Positions 56,082 through 64,000 of a stretch of 64,000 nucleotides of DNA are shown here, one piece after another. Source of the stretch: a virus (Duplodnaviria > Caudoviricetes); IMG/VR virus record IMGVR_UViG_3300042327_001260, positions 64,045 through 128,044 of that record, one strand, 5' to 3'. The notes under the pieces are model-generated. The model had not been told where the DNA came from. It saw nothing but the letters and a program-made list of their open reading frames with translations, and made no database searches. Within the stretch, counting starts at the first letter, position 1. The number at the start of each line of letters is the position of its first letter. The translations under genes and the position numbers were made by a program.

Positions 56082-56796
56082 ATTTTTTTAATATCTTACT
56101 TATCAGTGGATTTCTAACAACATCACCGTCACCAAATTCAAAAACACCGACATCATGTATATTTTTAAATCTTTGTATTGCGTCGTAAAGTCCTGAATGT
56201 TTTTTATCTTTATACCTATCAGTTTGTTCGATATCTCCCGATATAAAAAATTTACTATTGAACCCTATTCTTGTCAATAGTAATTTCATTTGATTTGGAC
56301 TTGAATTTTGAGATTCTTCAAAAATTAAAATTGTATTGTCTATATTCATACCTCTCATATATGCTAATGCAAAAACTTCTATAATTTCGGCATCTTTTAA
56401 TTTTTCGCGAGCATCTTTACCTATAATTTTATTTAATAAGTAATAAGATGGAAAAATATATGGATCTAATTTCTCTTCAAGATTACCAGGTAAAGATCCA
56501 AGTTTTTCTTCCGCTTCAACTGCTGGACGAACAATAACTAATTTTTCATATGAATTATTAGTATCCATTAATAAGTCTACCGCAGCTTTCATTGCTATGT
56601 ACGATTTACCTACACCTGCGGGTCCTGAACAAATAGTGATTTGATTATTTTTTAAAAGGTTATAATAATGTTCTTGATTTTCTGTTAAAAATTTATTTTT
56701 AACTTTTTTCTTTATGACGGAATTTATAAAATCTTTTTTTGAAAAAGGTTTAGACTCACTTTCTTCGTTTTGAGGTTGGGGTTTTCTTCTTGTCAT
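56062..56796 (-). CDS. phoH: PhoH-family ATPase
   Basis: GPAGVGKS, RPAVEAEEKLGSLPG, AYMRG, LTRIG and GDIEQTD motifs. Confidence 0.95.
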   Translation of the reverse strand: MTRRKPQPQNEESESKPFSKKDFINSVIKKKVKNKFLTENQEHYYNLLKNNQITICSGPAGVGKSYIAMKAAVDLLMDTNNSYEKLVIVRPAVEAEEKLGSLPGNLEEKLDPYIFPSYYLLNKIIGKDAREKLKDAEIIEVFALAYMRGMNIDNTILIFEESQNSSPNQMKLLLTRIGFNSKFFISGDIEQTDRYKDKKHSGLYDAIQRFKNIHDVGVFEFGDGDVVRNPLISKILKKYDENRD

Positions 56797-57824
56797 TTAT
56801 TTAAAAATACTTGTTTATTAATCCATTCGTATGTTTTTTTCATACCTTCGATTAGTGGTTCAGAAACTGACCAACCAATTTTTGTTTCATAAAGCTTGTT
56901 GTCTGAATTTCTACCCCTCACACCAACAGGACATTTAAAACCGTACTTGAGTTGAAATTCGTCTCCTTGTATATTTTTAATTTTAATATTCTTTTCTGAA
57001 ATATCAATAGCCATTTGAGCCAATTGATTTATTGTTACCATTTCTTCAGAACCTATGTTAACCGGGCCAACAAAATTACTATCCATTAATCTTAATACCG
57101 CTTCTATACATTCATCTATATAAAGAAAGGATCTTGTTTGTTTACCGTCACCCCACACTTCAATTTCTGTATCTGATTCAGCAACTTTTCTACACATCGC
57201 TGCAGGGACCTTCTCCTTACCACCATCCCAAGTTCCGTAAGGCCCAAAGATATTATGGAACCTTGCAATTCTTACGTTTAGTCCGTAATTTCTTTTGAAT
57301 GAGAGGTATAATCTTTCACTAAATAACTTTTCCCAACCGTATTCACTATCGGGATTCGCTGGGTATGCTGAAGATTCTTCACAGTTAGGATTTTCAGGAT
57401 TAAGCTGATTATGTTCAGGGTACATACATGCGGATGAAGAATAAAATACTTTTTTTACATTAAATTTTGTTGCATAATCAACAACATTTAAATTAATAAG
57501 TGCTGAATTGTGCATAACATTTGCATCATTCTCCCCTGTAAAAATATATCCAGCACCACCCATATCTGCAGCTAACTGATATACCTCATCAAATGAGTTT
57601 TCAATATCATTTAACGATGTTTGGTTCGGTGCGAACATAACTCTTGAAACTAAGTTCTGATCTCTTAAATCACCTAATATAAATTCTGTACAATATTCTT
57701 CTTGTTTAAAATATTCATGTTGTTTAATATCAACAACCCTAACAAAGTTTCCTTCATCATATAATCTTTTAGATAAATGTCCTCCTATGAATCCACCACC
57801 ACCTAAAATTAATATTTTTTTCAT
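56793..57824 (-). CDS. NAD-dependent epimerase, GDP-mannose 3,5-epimerase-like
   Basis: GGGGFIG, QLAADMGGAGYI, SSACMYP, YGWEKLFSE and GREK-like GKEKVPAAMCRK motifs. Confidence 0.9.
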   Translation of the reverse strand: MKKILILGGGGFIGGHLSKRLYDEGNFVRVVDIKQHEYFKQEEYCTEFILGDLRDQNLVSRVMFAPNQTSLNDIENSFDEVYQLAADMGGAGYIFTGENDANVMHNSALINLNVVDYATKFNVKKVFYSSSACMYPEHNQLNPENPNCEESSAYPANPDSEYGWEKLFSERLYLSFKRNYGLNVRIARFHNIFGPYGTWDGGKEKVPAAMCRKVAESDTEIEVWGDGKQTRSFLYIDECIEAVLRLMDSNFVGPVNIGSEEMVTINQLAQMAIDISEKNIKIKNIQGDEFQLKYGFKCPVGVRGRNSDNKLYETKIGWSVSEPLIEGMKKTYEWINKQVFLNK

Positions 57825-57828
57825 GTTA

Positions 57829-58395
57829 TTATTTTTTTACGTATTTAAACCAACATCTATTAATAACCTTATCCGGTTTACCAAAAAATTCATCAACTGC
57901 TTTAATAACTCCAGGCCAAGATTCACAGTAGTCGTGACCGGACATAATACTGTCTGGTTTCATTTTATTAAACCAAGATTCTATATCTTTTTTAACCGAT
58001 TCATAAGAATGTCCCGCATCGATGAATATCGCATCAACCGACGAGTCCTCAAACAAATTAGATGCTGTTGCACTATCATAAATAAAATATTTAAAATTTT
58101 CTTTAATCGGTTCAGTGTTTTTTATAAATTGATCGAGTATATTTTTATCTTCTTTAAGGTAAGCATTTACTTCATTCAAATCTGATCCTGCAGTCACTCC
58201 TTCAAATGTGTCAACAGTAAAAAAATTTATTTTTTTATTATTGTTTAATAGTTCAACAACCGCATAACAAGTACTTTTACCTTTCCATGCTCCAAGTTCA
58301 ACAAAATTAGAACCATCATTGCAAAAGTTTAATAATTCTGAATATTCGTTTTCCATATTAAACCATCCATCTATTTTTTTATAAAAATGTTCCAT
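57829..58395 (-). CDS. Class I SAM methyltransferase, Methyltransf_24-like
   Basis: VELGAWKGKS, IFIDAGHSYESV and GHDY motifs. Confidence 0.9.
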   Translation of the reverse strand: MEHFYKKIDGWFNMENEYSELLNFCNDGSNFVELGAWKGKSTCYAVVELLNNNKKINFFTVDTFEGVTAGSDLNEVNAYLKEDKNILDQFIKNTEPIKENFKYFIYDSATASNLFEDSSVDAIFIDAGHSYESVKKDIESWFNKMKPDSIMSGHDYCESWPGVIKAVDEFFGKPDKVINRCWFKYVKK

Positions 58396-58396
58396 A

Positions 58397-58960
58397 TTAT
58401 TTATTTTTTTTAAATACCATTATTGTGTTTTTAAACCACCAAGCATTTGAATGACTATTACGTAGAGATGTACTATTGATTTCATCATAAATAAAATCTC
58501 TTTTTTCAAACTCCTTTATAATATAATCATTATTTCTACAATTTACGTGTCCGTGACCTGGTTGTCCTTCTACCGCCCAACTCACAATAATTAAATTTTC
58601 AGAGTGATTACACAAGTTATTAATAAAAACGCTCTCGTATTCAGAAGGTATATGTTCCCCAACTTCAAAACTTAAAACACAATCAAATTTTTTATTTAAT
58701 TCAAATGGAATTGATAAATCTAAAGTTTTAGCAATTCCATTAGTTAATTTTTCTGTGTTCGGATTTCCATCGTAAGCTTCGCATATAAACCCATTGTCTA
58801 ATAATTTTGATACATAATCACCCATTCCACATCCAAAATCACAAAATGTTTTTACATTATTTTCGATTGAAAATTCAATCACTTTATTTGATAATGAAGA
58901 ATCAAAAATATGTCCTTCAGAATCAAAGGTTTCCCAATATCCTCTTTCGTTTATTTTCAT
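58397..58960 (-). CDS. Class I SAM methyltransferase
   Basis: DFGCGMG, SFEVGEHIP and GQPGHGHVNC motifs. Confidence 0.9.
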   Translation of the reverse strand: MKINERGYWETFDSEGHIFDSSLSNKVIEFSIENNVKTFCDFGCGMGDYVSKLLDNGFICEAYDGNPNTEKLTNGIAKTLDLSIPFELNKKFDCVLSFEVGEHIPSEYESVFINNLCNHSENLIIVSWAVEGQPGHGHVNCRNNDYIIKEFEKRDFIYDEINSTSLRNSHSNAWWFKNTIMVFKKNK

Positions 58961-58961
58961 T

Positions 58962-59666
58962 TTAATTTTTAACTTTTATTAAATTTTTTTTATTTTTTAT
59001 GTAATCCTCAACTATTTCGTTTTCTTTTTTTAAATAATGAATTGCCCATCCAAATTTTAAATTTTCGTCTGATATTCTTTCCGCAAACATTTTATATCTA
59101 TCAACAGTATAGTTAACTCCTAAATATTTGTAATGTAAAAGATTATAAATATTTTTAGAATATATTACACTTCCTATTGGAGATGCCGAATGACAACCCG
59201 GTTCATAATTTATATCAGTAATTTTTGACTTATTAAATAATAAAATTTTATCATACATAGTATCAGGAAACCCAAATGATAAATTATTTAAATTTAATTC
59301 ATCATCTGTATTCATAATATGATAACCTTTAAATTTAAAAAGGGTAGTTCCGTTTTTATCCTCATTAATTAACTCTTCTTGGTTTATTTGAATTAATTCA
59401 TCACAATCGCAAACAATAACCCAATCGGTATTTGAATTTTTCCAACAGTTATTTTTTATCTCTAAATATTTAGAATCAGACAAATTATTATTTGAGTCAT
59501 AATAAAAAATTTCACACCCCAAATTTTTTGCAATATTTACAGTATTATCGGTAGAATAATTATCATATATTTTAATAATACAATTTGGAAATAATTTTCT
59601 ATAATGATTTACAAAAAATTCTATCATTAATTCTTCGTTATATGTTAAAGTATGAATTGTTAACAT
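58962..59666 (-). CDS. Glycosyltransferase family 2-like
   Basis: TYNEE, YDNYSTDNT and WVIVCDCDE motifs. Confidence 0.85.
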   Translation of the reverse strand: MLTIHTLTYNEELMIEFFVNHYRKLFPNCIIKIYDNYSTDNTVNIAKNLGCEIFYYDSNNNLSDSKYLEIKNNCWKNSNTDWVIVCDCDELIQINQEELINEDKNGTTLFKFKGYHIMNTDDELNLNNLSFGFPDTMYDKILLFNKSKITDINYEPGCHSASPIGSVIYSKNIYNLLHYKYLGVNYTVDRYKMFAERISDENLKFGWAIHYLKKENEIVEDYIKNKKNLIKVKN

Positions 59667-60250
59667 TACTTTTTTCTTTCTAATATAGTTAATCCATTAT
59701 TATTTGTAAATCTTTCTTTTACTTTCCAAAGGTTCCCTTTTTCCGATTCTAAAAAATCTAACACTGCTGTCCATAAACCTTGTTTGTTTTTTGATTCATT
59801 TATAATTAGAGGACTTGCGTGACTATATACATTTTCATCGACATCCCCAAAAGTTGTGGTGTCGTGTAAAATGATATATTTTGAACATTTGTCAGAATGA
59901 ATATCCAACTCACAGATTAATTGATTATATGTGTGTAATGTATCTATAAATAATAATTCCGTCTCTTCTATTTCTATAGTTAAAACATCCGATTGAATAA
60001 ATTGATAATCTATGTTGTAATTTTTAGATAAATCAATTACCTCCTCAATTTTAGGATGTCTAACAATATCGTAACTAATCATTTTTTTTGGGTTAGATAA
60101 AAGTAGTGGCCAAGTAGATGATACCCACCTAACACCCATTTCTGTTATGTGTTCACATTCATTAGCATATTTAAGTAATGTTGGTAGATGTTCATTTATA
60201 TCTGAAGGTGTTGAACATTGTTTTTCGTATATTAAATTTATTTTTTCCAT
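59666..60250 (-). CDS. Class I SAM methyltransferase, Methyltransf_24-like
   Basis: EMGVR, LFIDTLHTY, ILHDT and NNNGL motifs. Confidence 0.85.
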   Translation of the reverse strand: MEKINLIYEKQCSTPSDINEHLPTLLKYANECEHITEMGVRWVSSTWPLLLSNPKKMISYDIVRHPKIEEVIDLSKNYNIDYQFIQSDVLTIEIEETELLFIDTLHTYNQLICELDIHSDKCSKYIILHDTTTFGDVDENVYSHASPLIINESKNKQGLWTAVLDFLESEKGNLWKVKERFTNNNGLTILERKK

Positions 60251-60885
60251 TTTAATTTTTTTTTGTGTATTAATATCATATTATTTATGTCGTTTATTCT
60301 ATTATTAGTTTTAAGTCTATAGTGAAAAAATCCCTCATCAATTTCATTTGTATTATAAGTTAAATCAAATCTATATGAATTTATTAAAGGAATATTATTA
60401 GAAGAAAGAAATTTTCCAAAACAAACGTCGTCAATCAAACTAAAATCTAATTTTTCTTTATTGTCTATTAATAAATGCACTAAGTCTTTAGATAGAACGA
60501 ACCCGGATCCTGAGCAAAAAGGTATACCAAAATGATTCCCTAAAATTCCAGAATAAAAATTGTTTTTGGGTTTATTTTCTAAATGTAATTTTAATAGATT
60601 CTTATCAATATACGAACTTGAATTTGTTCTAAAAACAAAATCAAAATCCATATTAGAAATAAGTTTAAAGGCTTCTATAGATTTATTACCACAATTTATT
60701 AAACTCTCAGGGACATCTGTTAAAATATTATTACCGACTATTATATTTTCATTATTATTACCAAAATAGTAATATGTTTCAACACCTTCAACGGGTAAAC
60801 TATCCCACGTTTGTTTTTGTGTTTTATAAAATTCAGTATATATTCCTGAATCGTCATATGAAAGAACTAAAATTAATATTCTCAT
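60238..60885 (-). CDS. GT31/galactosyltransferase-like protein
   Basis: QTW, FVFRTNSSSYI, FCSGSGFVLSKD and IDDVCFG motifs. Confidence 0.7.
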   Translation of the reverse strand: MRILILVLSYDDSGIYTEFYKTQKQTWDSLPVEGVETYYYFGNNNENIIVGNNILTDVPESLINCGNKSIEAFKLISNMDFDFVFRTNSSSYIDKNLLKLHLENKPKNNFYSGILGNHFGIPFCSGSGFVLSKDLVHLLIDNKEKLDFSLIDDVCFGKFLSSNNIPLINSYRFDLTYNTNEIDEGFFHYRLKTNNRINDINNMILIHKKKLKWKK

Positions 60886-61601
60886 ATTAAAAAATTTATT
60901 AATTTATCTATTTCATTTTTGTATTTTGAATATGGTCGTAAAGAGTGAGAATCTACATAATTTTGAGTTTTTAATTCGTTTTCATCATATGTCCAATAAA
61001 CTCTATCTATTCTTTTTTTTGCTCTTCCATACTCCCAGCCACGATTTAATTTAGTAATTATTGATTGATTTTCATATAAGTTAACCATTTTTCCAAAATA
61101 TAACTCATCCGTATCCCAACCAAATCCCATATCATTTAATTTTATACAGTACTCCTCAAAAGTGTCTTCAAATTTCATAATGTCATTGAATACCTTTCCT
61201 TTTGCCGCATTGTAACATATTGGGTATCTAACAACTCCTTGGTATGCGTCAGAACTAAAAATAACTAAATTATCATTATTAATAGTTTCAATATCTTTAA
61301 CAAAATAATTTTTACATAATGGTAACATATCAATATCTGATGTCAGACATACACTATTTTGATAATATTTTGTGACATACATTCTGGCTATTTGTGACTG
61401 AAATCCCGTATTAATCCCATCAATTTTTTTAAAATTGTGAATAACGCAATCATCATATTCAATAACATCATTATTGTCGGATATCTTCACTAATAAGGGT
61501 TTAATACCGACTAAATTAAACCAAAGTTTTTTTACAGGTTCCCAAAATTCAGAGTACATTTGGTTATTATCTGTACTAACAATTGCGTAATCTATTTTCA
61601 T
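60882..61601 (-). CDS. Putative GT-A glycosyltransferase
   Basis: LTSDIDMLP (DxD) and WDTDELY. Confidence 0.6.
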   Translation of the reverse strand: MKIDYAIVSTDNNQMYSEFWEPVKKLWFNLVGIKPLLVKISDNNDVIEYDDCVIHNFKKIDGINTGFQSQIARMYVTKYYQNSVCLTSDIDMLPLCKNYFVKDIETINNDNLVIFSSDAYQGVVRYPICYNAAKGKVFNDIMKFEDTFEEYCIKLNDMGFGWDTDELYFGKMVNLYENQSIITKLNRGWEYGRAKKRIDRVYWTYDENELKTQNYVDSHSLRPYSKYKNEIDKLINFLI

Positions 61602-62257
61602 AATAATATTTTATAATCTTCTGTTACCGGAGTTTCGTTTATACTAATTCGTTCACCAACAAATCTACCATTTTCTCTTTTAATAGGAAATGGTTTTTTT
61701 TCATAAAATTCATCGTGTGTACAACGATCGTTTAAAAATATTTGGTATATGGTTTTAGAAAAAACTTGATCGTGACCATATTCTAAAGTCCTGCCAAGAT
61801 TAAATTTATTAACTAAATCTGTCATAGGTATCGTTTTAGCCTTTATTCCCCACATACCCGCAAGAATTCCTGGTTCACTTATACCATAAGGTATTACATG
61901 AGCAGGGTGATCTCTCATAACGTGTAATGTCTTTTTGCTCTCAATCCAATCTTGTACCGCCAGAAACTCTCTGTTCGATAATCTAGAGTCACAATCTCTA
62001 AAACAAACGTATTCAGCATCTTCAATATCTGAAGCTAAAAATCTCCAAAAAGAACCATGTATACCACTATTAGACATATCTAAACAAATTACATTGTTAT
62101 TCAAAAGAGAATTAATAGTTTCTGACGGTACGCTATTGTCGTAATATAAAATCATTTGCCAATCAGGATAAATTTCTTTTACCTGTTCTGAGTTTCTAAT
62201 TGATCCGACATTGTATAGTGGGTTATCTCCCCATAAACTATAACTTAAATAATTCAT
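61598..62257 (-). CDS. Putative GT-A glycosyltransferase-like protein
   Basis: SYSLWG, WRFL, FRDCDSR, HVMRDHP.H, ILAGMWG and DQ.F motifs. Confidence 0.6.
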   Translation of the reverse strand: MNYLSYSLWGDNPLYNVGSIRNSEQVKEIYPDWQMILYYDNSVPSETINSLLNNNVICLDMSNSGIHGSFWRFLASDIEDAEYVCFRDCDSRLSNREFLAVQDWIESKKTLHVMRDHPAHVIPYGISEPGILAGMWGIKAKTIPMTDLVNKFNLGRTLEYGHDQVFSKTIYQIFLNDRCTHDEFYEKKPFPIKRENGRFVGERISINETPVTEDYKILL

Positions 62258-63681
62258 TAAAATATGTTTTGATAAAGTTTATTAAGACTTACATCCATAT
62301 CTACATTATGTCCTTGTGTTTTGTGTGAATCTAATTGTAGATGTTTTAAAATGTTATTTGTAATTAACATTTTTTTATTTTTTATATGTGAAAAGTATGT
62401 GATTGATCTTTCATGCGCATGTCCACAAGTTTTTGTTTCTTTAATCCTATCTGCTATTGGTTCGAACCATTTCATGTACTCATTGAAAATGTCTGTTCTG
62501 AATGTTGTGTTTGAAGTTGAGGACCAAACCGCATTTGGATTTTTTTGAAGTACTTTAGAGTAATAACTAATTAAATCTATTTTGTTTACTTCTTTTATAA
62601 TTGGTAAAATGTGTTGGTTCCATTCAGGATTTTGAACAAACTGAAAATGTGATATTGGGAAAGGTACGTAACCAATCATTTCTACATTTTTATTATAAAG
62701 TTTGGTGTGAAACTGATCTATATTTTTATTTAAAAGAGTATCGTACTCAAATAAATTTACATATTTTGTTTTTATTAAATTATTTTTCCAAAGACAGAAC
62801 CATCCGGTATATGAAGTAAACAATGGGTATTGTTCTAAATTACCCTCATAGTCTCTTGCGATAATGACATTATTAAAATTTTCTAATTTATCAATTGGAC
62901 GACTACCTAAAAAAACGTATCTGTAATTATATAGGTTAGAAAATTTCTTTTTATTTTCAAATTCAATAATTAAATCTTGATCGTGAACAAAAATAAAAGT
63001 TTCTGATTCGTCTTTTTTATTAATGTCTATTGGTAAACTATCCATATATCTTTCCGCAAATTTAGCCCTATTATCTTCCCATTGTTGGTTAGTTTGTCCA
63101 ATTGAAAGATGGGTTACTCTAACGTCAAACATAACCCCAACTTTTACATTGTCTAAAAAGTTAGGTAAACAAAAACCTAAATCATAAAAGTGAAACCCAT
63201 CAATAGACTCATCAAAATTATGTTTAATATTTTTTTTGTTTACCACAATAAACAACCCATCAACTAAAACAACATCTTCTAATTTATTACCTATGTCTTT
63301 TGAGTATGTACTAGTCCATTTTTTACCTTCGTGTTTATGATTAACAACACCATACATAGTGTTAAATACTTCCCACCATTTAGCGTTTGTGTCCAAATAT
63401 TTGGTTCCTGCTAAACCTAAAATACCATACTCAGGTGTTTTTTGAAAATGTTTAAGTACCTTATCACCCCAATTTTTGGTGTCTATTTCTAAATCATCGT
63501 GACATAAAACAACAATATCATTTTCAGATTCGTTTAATATTTCATTATAAACTTGTGATAAAGACTTTTCACCATTATTAACCTTCTCAATGATTTGTAC
63601 TTCTTTATACATTGAAGTTTTTTGTAGATAATCAATATACTCTTGATTATGTTTTCTAGTTGAAAATCCTATTGTTATCAT
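62257..63681 (-). CDS. Two-domain glycosyltransferase-like protein
   Basis: YNEIL..DIVVLCHDD..DGLF..FHFYD in the first domain; EYD and HERS in the second. Confidence 0.75.
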   Translation of the reverse strand: MITIGFSTRKHNQEYIDYLQKTSMYKEVQIIEKVNNGEKSLSQVYNEILNESENDIVVLCHDDLEIDTKNWGDKVLKHFQKTPEYGILGLAGTKYLDTNAKWWEVFNTMYGVVNHKHEGKKWTSTYSKDIGNKLEDVVLVDGLFIVVNKKNIKHNFDESIDGFHFYDLGFCLPNFLDNVKVGVMFDVRVTHLSIGQTNQQWEDNRAKFAERYMDSLPIDINKKDESETFIFVHDQDLIIEFENKKKFSNLYNYRYVFLGSRPIDKLENFNNVIIARDYEGNLEQYPLFTSYTGWFCLWKNNLIKTKYVNLFEYDTLLNKNIDQFHTKLYNKNVEMIGYVPFPISHFQFVQNPEWNQHILPIIKEVNKIDLISYYSKVLQKNPNAVWSSTSNTTFRTDIFNEYMKWFEPIADRIKETKTCGHAHERSITYFSHIKNKKMLITNNILKHLQLDSHKTQGHNVDMDVSLNKLYQNIF

Positions 63682-64000
63682 AATCCTGTACTCCCAAATC
63701 CTTTATCGTTTCTATCCTTTTCTTCTATCTCCTCAACTTTAACTAAATTAACCCATTTTCCGCACATAACAGGACATAAAACTGCCTGTGCAATTTTTTG
63801 CCCTTTTTCTATTTTAATTCTTTCATTTGTTGTGTTAAACATGATTACCTTAACCTCACCTTGGTAACCACTATCTACAGTACCCGGAGAATTTAAAACC
63901 ATTAATCCTTGTTTTAGTGCCAATCCACTTTTACTTCTAACTTGTATTTCGTAACCTTCAGGAATATCAAATCTTAAACCTGTTGGTATTAGTTTTCTAT
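63678..64000 (-). CDS. dut: dUTPase (5' end outside the window)
   Basis: IPTGL..EIQVRSKSGLA..NSPGTVDSGYQGE..KIAQ..R..KGFGSTG. Confidence 0.95.
   Translation of the reverse strand, partial: RKLIPTGLRFDIPEGYEIQVRSKSGLALKQGLMVLNSPGTVDSGYQGEVKVIMFNTTNERIKIEKGQKIAQAVLCPVMCGKWVNLVKVEEIEEKDRNDKGFGSTGL

Noticed and set aside
2046-62819. Remaining 60-140 aa ORFs nested in or antisense to long genes
   Set aside because: Fully overlapped by well-supported CDSs, with shadow-frame composition and no promoter motifs.
1-64000. Stop-codon reassignment, introns or inteins as seen in some large phages
   Set aside because: Core genes (terminase, portal, protease, MCP, ClpC) are uninterrupted in the standard code, coding density is high, and I saw no intein or homing-endonuclease motifs.
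1-64000. Bacterial chromosome or prophage interpretation, prompted by T9SS proteins, ClpC, rpsU, ssrA and glycosyltransferases
   Set aside because: These genes are interleaved with T4-like head genes, and several carry the phage motif upstream. There is no integrase, att site or host operon structure.

Overview
64 kb of a very AT-rich, T4-like (gp17/gp20/gp21/gp23) large or jumbo phage genome. The host is almost certainly Bacteroidota, based on TTTG-N19-20-TAnnTTTG promoters, T9SS sorting domains and a DUF4494-like gene. About 1-32 kb is mostly + strand, late-type genes for novel proteins. Many share an N-terminal amphipathic leader ending in Glu but carry different enzymatic or membrane domains. 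Minus-strand genes interrupt them, most with a host-type promoter: pyrimidine-dimer glycosylase, tmRNA, M28/M20 peptidase, ClpC and DUF2927. About 33-45 kb is the head module: terminase, portal, an antisense ribosomal protein bS21 gene, prohead protease, scaffold, a major capsid protein with a Cys-rich insertion, and a T9SS-type adhesin. About 46-64 kb is on the minus strand: baseplate-like genes, a gp55-like sigma factor, PhoH, a glycosyltransferase/methyltransferase/epimerase cluster and dUTPase. The main leads are: (1) a head-targeting-leader plus variable cargo array; (2) a translation-control set of bS21, a non-coding anti-anti-SD element, near-leaderless late transcripts and a tmRNA with an unusual tag and T-loop; (3) interlocked divergent host and late promoters; (4) two phage-encoded T9SS substrates. 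All family calls come from motif recognition by eye; no searches were run.
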